A DNA stretch of 64,000 nt, taken from the NCBI RefSeq assembly GCF_006345805.1, contig NC_043022.1, positions 24,614,001 to 24,678,000 of the forward strand, in the 5' to 3' direction. This document shows positions 24,561 through 37,479 of this stretch, one piece after another. Made by a program: the position numbers and the translations under genes. Numbering within the stretch: position 1 is the stretch's first letter; each line of letters begins with the position of its first letter. The notes under the pieces were generated by a model that did not search any database, was not told the DNA's origin, and saw only the letters and a program-made list of their open reading frames with translations. Origin of the DNA: Octopus sinensis. Lineage: Eukaryota.

Positions 24561-26253
24561 TGACCTGGCATTGCTGAGGTCGACTTTGCCTTTCATACCA
24601 GTTACGCACTGGGGTCGATATAGTCAACTTAATCCGTTTGTCTGTCTTTGTTTGTCCCCTTGTGGGCAATAAAGAAATAAGAATTGTAGCGTGTAGCATT
24701 GGTCAAAAATGGTTTGAATATTTCTTCTGGTTCTTTGCACTCTGAGCTCAAATCCTGTTGAAGTTAACTTCATCTTTTATTCTTTCGAGGGTGATAAAAT
24801 AAAGGACCAGTCAAGTACTGGACATGATGGTATCTAACGAACCTCACCCTATCCCATTCAAAATTGCCATCCTTGTGCCTAAATTATTGTTGTTGTTGTT
24901 GTAATTTAATTGAGGATTCCCTGCTGTTCTTATTTTCTTTCATTCCTCTGACTTCCAATGTAACTTTTCTTGCCAGGTTACTCTAGACTGTTTTCAGGGG
25001 GGGGGGGACGAAAGCTTTACCAGGTGGGGGCCATTACTTTTAGGCAAATCTCAGACACAAAATTAAAAAGACAAAGAAAAAATTCAGAAAATCAGACAAA
25101 ACTAAAAAGATGAGAAGGAAAGTTAAAAAAAAAAAAAAGACATGATTTTCTTGATTGAGTGGAGTTAATTCATCTTAAGGCCAAATATTTCAGCTTGTAA
25201 AACAATTAAAGAAGAAAGAAAAAAGGGTAATCTACCCCCAAAGTAAAGAAAAATAAAGACTACAAGAATTAAGTGCTTGTTAGAAACAAAACAACTGAGG
25301 TAAACAAAAGCAATGAGCACTGCTTCCTGCAACCCCATCCCAGTCTGGCATCAGAATAGCATGTCTTGCATCTAGGATTCCTTAATATCTCTGACTCTTG
25401 TTAGATTTCTTACAAACCAAAAAGCATATAAATTATTTTCTAAGACATTCTCAAAAGTGAAAAAAAAGGAAAGTGTGTCTCTGTGTGTGTGTTGGTATGC
25501 ATGTTCATGCCTATATATTGGGGGAGCATGTTCATTAAGAGTGTTTTTGTGTGCGTGCATATGCTCTGTCTCAGGAGTGCTTACTAAAAATTACAACCCA
25601 CCCCACTGCTACCCAACAAAATGACAAGGGTGAAAGAGAAGGGTCATAGAATTTTGTCCTCCTTCGCACACACACACACACACAAATATGTGTGTGTGTG
25701 TGTGTGTGTACCACTAGCTCTCTTTCATCAAAAACAGGCCTCATTAAAAAAAAAAAAAATCCCCAGCATAAGTATTTCCTTCTAGTATTTGTGTTATTTG
25801 ATAGGATATGAGGGGAGTCAGAAGGAATACCACCACTATGAAGAAGACTGATAAAAAGGGAGGCAGGGATATAGAGGGGGCTCCAACATTCTTCCCCCAG
25901 AGACTATCTAAACTAAGATGAAAATGTGAAATTATTCATCTGATAGCAGATATTAACATCAATTTGCAATTTAAGTCTCCCATGAGTTAAAAGAATTACA
26001 CAGGAGTAGGAATACAGGGAGGGGAAGTTTTAAATTTAAGAACTTTATTAATTCAAATTCAAACTTTCACCAAGCAGAAACTGATGTGTGCGAGTGTGTG
26101 TATTTATAAAGACACATACACGCATGTGCGCACATACACACACACACATCAATAATGGTGTGAAACTGTGATGGTCTTGGTTGCTAACCGATGAGGGATG
26201 AATATTTCTCTCATGTGTGATTTTCCCATGTGATCCTTAGTTGTTCATCTGTG

Positions 26254-26298
<45 letters not shown>

Positions 26299-26502
26299 TA
26301 TATATACATATATATATATACACACACATATATATACATATACATATATATATATATTATATGTAAAGCATAATGTTATACATGTATGTATATTCTTGTA
26401 ATTGTCATTTTAGTAAATAAATAACTAAATTGACATAATGTAATGTCTAAAAGTTGAACCACCTATTGATCCCCTCCATTTTCTTATTGCTCTCTCTCTC
26501 TC

Positions 26503-26572
<70 letters not shown>

Positions 26573-26670
26573 CTTTATTTAAAAGCAGCAGAAATTCAAC
26601 AAAACCTGTTACTCTGAGTTTCACGTTCCCGTTCGTCGGACAGTTTTTGTTTTGCTGCTTTTAAATAAAG
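26573..26670 (-). ncRNA. Minimal type I hammerhead ribozyme (U4C variant) closing a long inverted repeat
   Basis: Minus strand reads CUGU-CCGACGA-ACG-GGAA-CGU-GAA-ACUCAGAGU-A-ACAG. Stem I is extended by an 18-bp perfect inverted repeat (ctttatttaaaagcagca / tgctgcttttaaataaag). It abuts (TA)n. Confidence 0.75.
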
Positions 26671-27165
26671 CATATTACTCTACCCCTGGTATTTGAGTAC
26701 TCTTTTTTCCACCTTGTTTCACATTTATGTGTTTACTCCGGTATACACCCACACACACACATTACAGAAAAGTTATATCTAACCTGCACAGTGGTGGCAG
26801 GACTTCCAAGGACAATTAATGTTCACAGTTAATTATGAATAATTCAGACTAATTATGAAGCCACAATCGGTGCTTATTTCAATGCTTCAGCTGTGTGATA
26901 TTTAGCCAAATGTTTGGACAGATATTGTTAGTGTTGCTGCAGCCACTGCTGTTGTTGTTATTAGCCCTTTAGCCCTACCCTCATTCTAATTAACCTCTGA
27001 TTAAAGAGATTATCATCCAAAACATTCTATCCACAATCATTCTAGTTTATATTCAATCATCATGTATGTAAGATTATATAGCTCAATTTGCCTATCATCA
27101 TCAGCACCTCTACCACAATCAACATCACCATTCAACATGCATTTTCCATACTGTCATGGGTTTAA

Positions 27166-27383
27166 CCCTTTTGTCACTGTATTTATTTTGAGGTGCTCTG
27201 TGTTTCAATCAATTTTAAATATAACAAAGAATTTAGGAAAACAACTTAGTTATCATTAAGCTGGAGTTAAGAACATAAACTGCGACTAAGGTTTGGTGGA
27301 AGATTTTAATTCAAAACTTATGAAAACAAGACATTTGTACTACAGTGCCAGAGGTGGTTTCAGCCAGGTTGTTTTAAAAAGGG
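27166..27383. mobile_element. piggyBac-type MITE family 1
   Basis: TTAA-CCCTTT...AAAGGG-TTAA with the same body as 4314-4533. Confidence 0.85.
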
Positions 27384-28731
27384 TTAATGGTTCAAAGGGA
27401 GCCAGTGAACCAGAAGATTGCACCAAACCCCAATGTTTGCTTTGGAATGGTTTGTAGAACTGAACGTCCTTCACAACACATTTTTATTTTAACTAGAAAG
27501 GTCTGTTCTGAGGGGAATTTAGTTGCTATTTCTATATCAAGCAACCTCCACTTCCATAGAAATACCCTCATTAACGTATTCCAATTACAAATAGAATTTT
27601 TCTCCATAGGCAAATTTAAGCTCATAATGAGAAAGTTGAAGGAGGTGAGAGCAGAACCAGTTTCATTTTTTAATTTTTGTTGTTGCTTTTTTCTTTTTTT
27701 TTAATTCTGTCCTTCCTTCCCTTTTGTAAAGAATTGCAGTATAGAATTTCTAATTTGCATATCCTTCCAGTGGTTTTGTAATATCTCTAAAACATCTGTT
27801 GCCTGTAGATCGGTAATTGAACTGGAATAAAACACCAGTGACAAGATATAGCCTTGCTGCTTTGAAAAGACATGTTTTATCCTTAGAGAAGTTGTTAGAC
27901 ATTCTGCTAGAAATGATGTTCAATAATGCAGCACTAAATAATGCCATTGAAGAGAATAATAACATCCATCCAGTTGACACAAAGTGCTTCTTATGGCCAT
28001 GGAATAGTTCCAATTTTATGGTCAATCAGCAGATGAGACACACATCCTGTCTTGTATAGAACACCAGATTATATACTGAATCAGTGAGGGAGTCTCCATG
28101 ATGTTGGCTAGCCTGGTAGAAATAGCAGCCAGATACCTATTATCTCCCTACATTATGCAGTGAAGGACATAGGAGATAATGCAATCTTAGATACATAACC
28201 ATCCATTATTTATCTTCTACTTTCTCTCGTCAGTGGACTGCAGCCACGACAGGCTCCTTTGGGTTTCCATCTACCATATTGACATACAAGGCGGTGGTCA
28301 GCTCTCGGTTATAGTAGTATACTGCCCTAGAAGACATGCCTGCACCTAGATAGTTATTCATTTATTTATCTATGTACAGAGTGGCAGATGATTGTAGAAG
28401 CCGTTCTGAGTCAATCGATATTTCCTCCTTCATGAGAAAACAGTAAGCTTCAAAGAAAACAATAGGTTTGCCCCACCCCACAAACTGGTTTCAAAAACCT
28501 CATACAATTATCAAATGCTCAGTCCTTAAAGAAATATTTTATTCAGCATTCAAATGTATTGAGTCTTCCTCAGAGTGAATGGTCTTCTTAAGCCTCTGAT
28601 TAATCACATCATGTCACATATAAAGCAAGCATTGGAGCATAATGCAGTCCTCACACCCTTTGGAACATGCTAAACCATGCAACCCAAGCCAACCTGGGGG
28701 ACGAACATTAACAGACCATCACACACACATA

Positions 28732-29089
28732 GTGTGGTAAGTAGCTTGCTTACAAACTACATGGTTCCGGGTTCAGTCCCACTGCATGGCACCTTGGGCA
28801 AGTGTCTTCTACAATAGCCTCGAGCAAACCAAAGCCTTGTGAGTGGATTTGGTAGACGGAAACTGAAAGAAGCCCATCGTATGTATATATATATATATCC
28901 CAACATCGCTTGACAACCGATGCTGGTGTGTTTACATCTCCATAACCTAGCGGTTCGGCAAAAGAAAATCGATAGAATAAGTACTAGGCTTACAAAGAAA
29001 ATGTCCTGGGGTCAATGTGCTTGACTAAAGGCGGTGCTCCAGCATGGCCACAGTCAAATGACTGAAACAAGTAAAAGACTAAAAGACTA
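28732..29089 (+). mobile_element. SINE family A
   Basis: gtgtggtaagtagcttgct...ggttcagtccc...gactgaaacaagtaaaaga. Confidence 0.9.
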
Positions 29090-29122
29090 AAAAAAAAAGA
29101 CATATACATGCACACACACACA

Positions 29123-29153
<31 letters not shown>

Positions 29154-31540
29154 CACTCAACTGAAGACCTCCGAGCCAGTAGTCCAATACTAACCTACTA
29201 TCAACAACTTAGCCCATTCATTGTTCGACAGGAACAAAGCATTAAATAGAAGCCGAAACAAACATCAAGAGTTGCACTTGTCTACTCCAATGTTCTATAG
29301 CATTTAAATATTTAATACATGGTTATTGTGAATTAGCGATGACATATCACAAATTAATGGAGAACATCAATTATGAGTTGAGTGAAAACAATTTGCTAAT
29401 GCAATTATTAAGAGAATTATTTTATAACTGTTGTATCATTATTATTATTATTATTATAAGAAATCAGAAAACTGATATCAGCATTCCATTCTAAGCAGAT
29501 AATATACTTTGCATTCAGTATGCTGTGTGTGTGTGTGTGTGTGTGTGTACGTGCATCAATAACATTCCTCTATAAATGTCAGTAGAAGATAAAATTGGTA
29601 AGAAAACTACAGGAGTACATATATTCCTATCATATATCAGAAATATATACACTCTAGTAATATGTGGGTTTGAATACATGTGTACATATACACACACACA
29701 TGCGCAGACACATGTACATATGATATAGATATATCAAAGGAATATATATATACACTTGTGATATACATGAATATTGTTTAATAATGTACACCAATTAATT
29801 CAACATATGTTTGAATATATCATACATATCTATTTCACATACACACGCATATACACACGAGCATATGCATGCTAGACGCGTAACGAGTATTGTTTACAAA
29901 TTATATACCAATTAAAGAGAGATTGCATGCATGTATGTATGTACATACATCTCTAGCAAATTACATTTAAAACTAATTCACACAAAAAGGAAACAGTGCA
30001 CAACATTTTGAAATTGATTTAAAAGCTATTGTGACAAATTTCATGTAATAATATTTCACGAAGTCTGTGTATAATTAAAGAGGCTCCGTTATGAAAAGAA
30101 TAAAATAAAGAAGTGAAGAAATTTAATTCCACAATCAAATGATATATGAAATGATCAGCGAGCGAGGGAAGAAAGTACTTCAGACCCAATGAAAGCTCAT
30201 TTTAATAATTTTATCAGCAACATTTCACTAAAAACACAACTCTGCTCGACGACGTTGATGCAGGGGAGGAAGTGTTTAGGAGACTGGTAGGATGGAGCGC
30301 ATGATGAAGTATGCAACGGAGCAGGGGTTGAGTGCTGGTGGGAAGGTAGGGGGGGGTTTTCTTTATCAAAGATTGCCTCATTTTTAAGTCAGTGGGAAGC
30401 ATCTAATTTATGATAAAATTTATGGAAAGCCGAACAGATAACAACTGGTGTAGGAGGAACATGTTGATGTGAAGTTTATTGTTATTTGTGGCATATCAGA
30501 AATTAGATTAATATTTCTCTTTTTCTGATAATTAAAGATAAATATCAAGAGTTATTTTAATGATTGCTCTAAAAGGACAATAGAAAACAACTACCGCTAC
30601 CACCACCGCCACCACAACAAGAATGGCAACGACACCCCACACACCCACCACCATCACCATGCTGTCTACTTTGAATACAAGAACAAAATTCAGCCCTTAT
30701 CCCCTTTTGACAATCCATTATATATTTATATATGTACATATATGTGTGTATATATACATTTATACAAACACACACAATGTACATATACATACATATATGC
30801 ATGCACACACACACACACATGTAATCATACATTGAAATATTTAATAACACTGGCTGTGAGACATTTTAGCTTGTAGCCTGTAACCAGGAGAATCTTAAAT
30901 TTATATTTAGAAGAGACATAAAATGAAATTAAACATTATGAAAGCTAATTTAAAGCCAGACAAAAAAAATATGTTGTTGTTGCCTCTTTGTAACAATAAC
31001 TGTTATGTTACTGTTTCATATATTTGCTACTTTATTACAAGCCATTTCCATTCATTACACTTAATTACCAACATAATTAAGTGAATACGCATGCACACCC
31101 TTACATATGTATCTCTGCACTGTTACCATAAACTTCTTTTTAAAAGAAGCAAACTCTAATTCCAATTGAGAATATGCTAGAGAATTATGTATTAAGAAAA
31201 AAATTGCCACATCTTTCTTGGTTATTATAACAGTAATTTCTGAAGTGGGTACAGCGGGGGCGTAGATGTTAAGAGAAGGAACGGTCAATTAGATCAACGC
31301 CCTCAATATATCTCTGGTATTTATTTTATAGAAGCTGGAAAGAGGGGAGTCAAAGATGACCTTAATGCAATCTGAACTGACACACTACAAAAAAAAAAAA
31401 AAGACATAAAATACAGCAAGGCACTTTGTCTAATGCTGCCAATAATAACACATTAATGACGATGATGAAGTTTCAATCAAGTAGAATATTACCATGATTA
31501 AAAAAAAGAGAACTGTTAAATGGAAACAAGACAATGTTAG

Positions 31541-31586
<46 letters not shown>

Positions 31587-31611
31587 TATTTATTATTCTT
31601 ATACAAGGATA

Positions 31612-32017
31612 TAGGCATAGGATTGGGTGTGGTAAGTAGCTTGCTTACCAACCACATGGTTCTGGGTTCAGTCCCACTGCGTGGCACCTTGGGCAAGTGT
31701 CTTCTACTATAGCCTCAGGCCGACCAAAGCCTTGTGAGTGGATCTGGTGAACGGAAACTGAAAGAAGCCCATCATATATAAATATATATACGTATGTGCA
31801 TGTGTATATGTTTGTGTGTCTGTTTGCCTCCCCCCACTCCAACATCGCTTGACAACCGACACTGGTGTGTTTATGTCCCCGTAACTTAGCAGTTCAGCAA
31901 AGAGACCGATAGAATAAGTACTAGGCTTACAAAGAATAAGTCCTGGGGTCGATTTGCTCAACTAAAGGCAGTGCTCCAGCATGGCCACAGTCAACTGACT
32001 GAAACAAGTAAAAGAGT
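31612..32017 (+). mobile_element. SINE family A, full length
   Basis: Complete head, internal microsatellite and aaaagagt tail. Confidence 0.92.
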
Positions 32018-32095
32018 GACTGTAAAGTTTTGGGCAGCTAAGCCATCATTGGACTGTGCAACGATGGCTTAGTAGGCTGAAACTTCAAAGTCACT
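32015..32095. repeat. 81-bp ungapped imperfect palindrome (small foldback MITE or hairpin)
   Basis: Symmetric about 32055; 32 of 37 arm positions pair on the + strand, including 3 G-U pairs. Confidence 0.85.
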
Positions 32096-32488
32096 GTCAA
32101 CAACATTCTTCCTATAAGAGTAATAAGTATGTACTCTACAAAAGTATAGAATCACCCACCGGATTACTGTAAATTTTTTATCATAATTGAATTAAAAAAC
32201 AAACCTTAATATTAGCATATATGAATGTACACACACACACACACACCACAAAGTATTTTAAGATGAGAATACTGGAGTTGATTGCACAAAGATTTGAAGA
32301 AAGAAATAGAGAAAAGAGCTATTTTGTAACAATCAAAGATCAAACATTTCAATACAAATTTACAGATACATGTAATTTACTTGCAAGAGTAACTAAGCTA
32401 TATGGACTTCGTACAGAGAAAACAAACGTTGCAGAAACCCCCACCCAACACACACATACTAAACCAATCCAGAAGGATTAGAAATGTT

Positions 32489-32905
32489 GGCTCTTTTCGG
32501 TTTGAACGGCAGTTTTTAACATAATTTCTAGGTAATTCAAAAATTTGAAACTGCGTATACTGGTAGAATGTGTTTATAAGACATCTTTTTCTCTTGGCTT
32601 TATTGAGAAAATTCTATAGATTGTAAGATATTTGTTGGTTTTTTTTCCTTCAATTTCTGCAATTTCAACCAATCAGTGACGTCTATTGAGTTAAAAAGCA
32701 TTCTGTGCCGTATGAATATGTCCCTCGTTTAAGAAACAGATTGGGTTTATTTACATTTCTGAAGAAAAAAGATACCCTTCCCCCACCCCTAACCCCAACC
32801 CTAAAAGAGATTGAAATGCAATAGATCGATTCTAGGGTCATAATTATGGGTGACAATTTCATATGACACCACTAGAAAAAACTGCCGTTCAAACCGAAAA
32901 GATCC
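32489..32905. mobile_element. MITE with GG..CC termini and 8-bp TSD (Merlin-like)
   Basis: TIR gg(a/c)tcttttcggtttgaacggcagttttt, TSD gaaatgtt at 32481-32488 and 32906-32913, and an internal ccctaaccccaaccctaa motif. Confidence 0.88.
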
Positions 32906-34607
32906 GAAATGTTGCTATGATTAAAATGGAAGCCAGAAAAATGCAGATTTTTTAGTCTTTGGTAAGTGATACTATGTGTGGTGAAAAGACCACTGGAAAG
33001 TAAACAAGGAAAAAAGTCTCATGAGAATTTAGCCCTTTCAATAAATTAACTGGTCTGAGACGGCTTCCGGTTGTGTGATACAAAACCTCCTAATTTAAAC
33101 TGTTCATATTTCATTTCAAACCTACCATCATATATACATTAAAAAAACCTTTTGTTAACATCGGCTTAATGTCAAAGATAATTATTTGCCTGTAAATCAG
33201 CACTGAGGAACCCATGTAACACATTCCCTGACTCAATTCCTACATAAAAATTATATGCCTTTACTAGTCTTTTTTTCTCTTTCATAAAGTTAAATTTTAT
33301 AAGACATTAAACAAATCATAAAATTGTCTTTCTCAAGATTTCACTACTTTAAGCAATATGTTGTGCAAGTTTAATGAAATAAATACAGAAGCAGCACAAA
33401 GAATCATTTGCATATAACTAACTTGTTTATTACTATTTCTTAAAGAACCCCTACGCAATGATGTGGTTGCCAAATGAATGCTCGTAATTAATATTAATTA
33501 CTACAACTGGAAATTACAATATAATTATTTGACACCTGGAAAGCAAAATGTTGCCTCAGAAGAATCTGAGAAAATGTGTAAGAAATCAGAAGTTAGGTTA
33601 GACCTCCCAAGAATATGAAGAAAGACAACTGTGCCATACCATTAATAACAAGAGCACTAAACTTGATACCAAAAATGTTTCTACTAAACCTCAAATGGCT
33701 AATGTATACAATTATTAAGAACTCAAGCCTCTAACTAATTGCTGAACATGTTAGAAATAGTAGCTGAAATGTCCCTTAAATCACATCATACCATGTTTAA
33801 AAGAACATATTTCAACAATGTAGTCACATATAAACTACGTCTGAAATGACAGGACAGAATAGTTCCCAAAGGTTCATCTCAATATTTTAACCCCTTTGAA
33901 ATAAGATTACCATGGTTTCAATTCATTGTGAAAAGAACAAAAGATTCTGTTAAAAATAACCGTTATTATTAAGTTAAGTGTCTGAAATACTTTAAAATGG
34001 AAGAGTTGTATCACAGAACAAGGCACAGTTTCATGTGGGTTGGTATCAAAAGGACTGGTGGTTTAATCAGTAGTAGAAAGGCAGCAGCACCCACAATCCT
34101 TTTTTTAGGACCTCCATTCTGATGGGGAGGAAGTTCTATCCAGATAGGAGACGTAGCTATTGGATCAGGTGGTAGTATTAAAAACAGGGAAATACATTAA
34201 ATGTACGCCATACAGAAACAAGATCAGTCTCTCTAACGGGCTTCTGCAGTTTCCTTTTAATCCACAGGGCTTTAGTTGACCCCTAAGCCTATAGTAGAAG
34301 GTACTTGACTAAGATGCTGCTCAGATGGATGAATCCAAAATCACATTGTAAAAGAAGCTTCTTAGCCATACAGCCATACTTATGATAAAGCCTTGTTTTT
34401 GCTTTAGGACAAAACCAAAAATGTGCAAACGAGACAATTGGTCCAGACAAACAGTGCTTCCTTTGATGCTAACCTAAATTGTAAAAGTCATACTAGAAAA
34501 CAGGGTGGAGCTTTCAATCTGAGTTCAGAGAATTGGCAAAGTTAATTTACTCAACTAATTTACCCATAAAAAAAAAAACCCTGCTTTGTGAAGAAGCTAT
34601 CTATAAG

Positions 34608-34970
34608 GCATGTCTGTGTGGTACAAAACTTGCTTCTCAACCACATGGTTCTGGGTTCAGTCCCACTGCATGGCACCTTGGACAAATGTCTCCTACTATA
34701 GCCTAGGGCCGACCAAAGCATTTTGAGTGAATTTGCAGATGGAAACTGGAAGAAGCCTCTGTGTGTGTGTGTCTTTGTCTGCCACCATCACTTGACAACT
34801 GGTGCTGGTGTATTTACTTCTCTGTAACTTAGTGGTTTGGCAAACAAGACTGATAATATAGGTACCAGGCTTAAGAAAATAAGTAGTGGGGGTTGATTCG
34901 TTTGACTGAAAAAGCTCTTCAAAGAGGTGTCCCAGCATGGCCACAGCCTAATGACCGAAACAAGTAAAAA
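34608..34970 (+). mobile_element. SINE family A
   Basis: Same head and tail motifs, moderately diverged. Confidence 0.85.
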
Positions 34971-36224
34971 AGATGGAAAATAAAACAGAAATGATAAATT
35001 TTAAGGTTTTGTAAATCTTAACAATAATGTATAATATTAATAGTTTTCCTTTGACTGTGATGCTCCAGTAGTGTAAAACCTGAACCAGGGTTAAGTCAAA
35101 CATTATTAATAAAATAAGGTAAAAAAAAAAAAACTAGAACACTGTTTTATGGGAAGAGATGCCATATGCTTAAATGTCAATCTAATAATGGTTATGTAAA
35201 TAGTGCAGAGAATGTGAAATAAATGGAATAGTGTTAAAGTGTTTCAAACACATATTACTCAATATACACTCCCTAGAATTAGCTACAGAAATGTTCTTGT
35301 CTATTTTTGCACACCACAGACACACTCTGATTCTTTGAGGACATCAACCATGAAGACGCGGTGGCAATTAACAAGGAAGAATAAATATCTCGTTAAGCTT
35401 TAATAACATTTGCATCTTGGAGTAAAGTCAAGATATTGTAACTATTAAAAACATATATATACTGTAGTACTATTACTTATATTTTTTCCATCATAATAAT
35501 ACATATTATAAATTAAATTCCCATAGTAACAATATATATATATAAGGTAAATTCCCATAGCAGTAACATTATATATATATAAGTTATGTTTCCATAGTAA
35601 CAATATAAGGTTTATCTCCATAGGCTTTTGTCTATACATGTATGGATTTGTTACAGATCATGTTAGTGTTATTATAATTAAATATTTATAATTAGTGTTG
35701 TTATAATTAAAGAACACATTTTTTTTTACTTCATTTTTAATTTGGATGGTAGCACCCCACGGAGCTGTTGTGAGCTCATAAAGAAGCAGTAAATGTCAAG
35801 GGAGCACTGTGTTTAGAGGGGTCATGGTTTCTCTTAGAAGTAAAATATTTGAACTGAATACAATGATTATATTTCAAACACATTTTCAAAACTAAAAATG
35901 AATTTTAAAAAAATTCTTTGTCAAGAATAAAATACAAATATCAATGATTAGAGAAACAGGACTAATGTTGAGCCAAGGATGAATGTAATTTTATTATATA
36001 AATCACCACTTTCTTCAGTAAACTCCATAAAAATGTAACTTAGGGAGCAGTATTCCATGTAAATATTTAAAAAGAGGAACAACATGCTGGAAGGAATAGT
36101 GTAAGAAAATATTGATATATTGCCATTATGCTAAATTAGCTTCTGTTTCATTAAACTAATCTGCGTATTATTAATATTATTATTATTATTATTACACCTG
36201 TGAAAATTAAAAGGAAATATAAAA

Positions 36225-36475
36225 GGAGAAAGGGTCTCTCGACCCCACTTTTGACCAGGCTCCCGTGGCTTTTATGGGTTTTTCCATGAGTAACCTTTCG
36301 AAGCGCCCTCCCCTATTGGGAGTTTTAATTGTTACTTATATTTTGTTGTTATCCTGCTTTTGTACACGGACCTTTTTCAAACGGACAAAACCCTTTGTAA
36401 CTTTCGTCCTGTGTTTTGTCCCTTTATGTTTTAATTGATATTTGTTAGCCCTTGTGGCCAATAAACGAATGAATT
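36225..36475 (+). mobile_element. Probable 3' UTR end of a LINE
   Basis: CpG-containing unique block ending ttagcccttgtggccaataaacgaa, a tail shared with SINE family B. Confidence 0.5.
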
Positions 36476-36511
36476 ATTATTATTATTATCATCATCATCA
36501 TCATTATTATT

Positions 36512-36930
36512 GAGGTGGTGATTGGCAAACTTGTTAGCAAGCTGGACTACATGCCTAGCAGCATTTTGTCCACTTTTTCATTGCAAGTTCAAATTCCAAC
36601 AAGATTGACTTTACCTTTTAGCCTTTGAACACTGGAGTTGATGTAACTGACTAGCCCCTCGCCCAAGGTTTCAAGCCTCAAACCTTTAGTAAAAAGGATT
36701 ATTATTACTATCATTAAGGTAATAACCTGGTAGACCCATTAGCATACTGAACAAAATCTTTAACAACATTTTGTCGTCTTTCCATTCCAATTCCAAATTA
36801 AACTGAGGGCGACTTTATCTTTCATTCTTTCAGGGTTGATGAAATAAGGACCAGTTGAGCACTGAGGTCAATGTAACTGTCTATCCCCTCCCCACAAATA
36901 TCAAGCCTTGTGCCTATAGTAGAAAGGATT
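36512..36930 (+). mobile_element. Two diverged SINE family B copies in tandem
   Basis: Heads at ~36512 and ~36716, each ending cc..tagta.aaaggattatta. Confidence 0.7.
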
Positions 36931-37258
36931 ATTAAAATCATTATTTGATTGCCAAAAGCTGAAGAGAGGGTATTTGTAAAACACCATTTGATGGAAAAGA
37001 GTCGTTAGCTACAAAAGGTCGAGACCCCCCTGATTTATTGTAACACTATATAATTGCAAGGTGTCAAAGACTTTTATATGTACATCCACCCAGCCACTAG
37101 TCACTGATATCCATCTACCTCAAAATCTGTCAAGTAATGTTTTACCTAATAAATGTATAAATATTAGCAAATAAATGAAACAGAGTGAATGCAACACATC
37201 TAACTAAATATCTGAGACAAATATATTGTTAATAAGATTATCTAATGTGTCAGACTAT

Positions 37259-37425
37259 TGACCTCATCTTTGGAGATGAAACGCTTTTTAATATTTACAT
37301 CTACATTATGTTTCGATTGGTTTAATAAGGAATAAGACACCTGATGACAATCAATGATCAAAATCGTCTAAACATTGTGTAGATGTAAATATTGAATAAA
37401 CTTTTCATCTCTAAAGATAAGGTCA
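37259..37425. repeat. Long inverted repeat (~60-bp arms) enclosing a degenerate hammerhead-like core
   Basis: tgacctcatctttggagatgaaa...atatttacatctaca..atgtttcgatt pairs with aatcgtctaaacatt.tgtagatgtaaatatt...tttcatctctaaagataaggtca. The loop contains ctgatga. Confidence 0.85.
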
Positions 37426-37479
37426 CGTTTCATTGGTTAGATCAGTGATGGTGTGCAGAGCACAGTCCAGAAACCATAT

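Noticed and set aside
29155-29275. CUGAAGA ... CGAAAC after a (TA)n tract
   Set aside because: Stems I, II and III cannot be paired convincingly.
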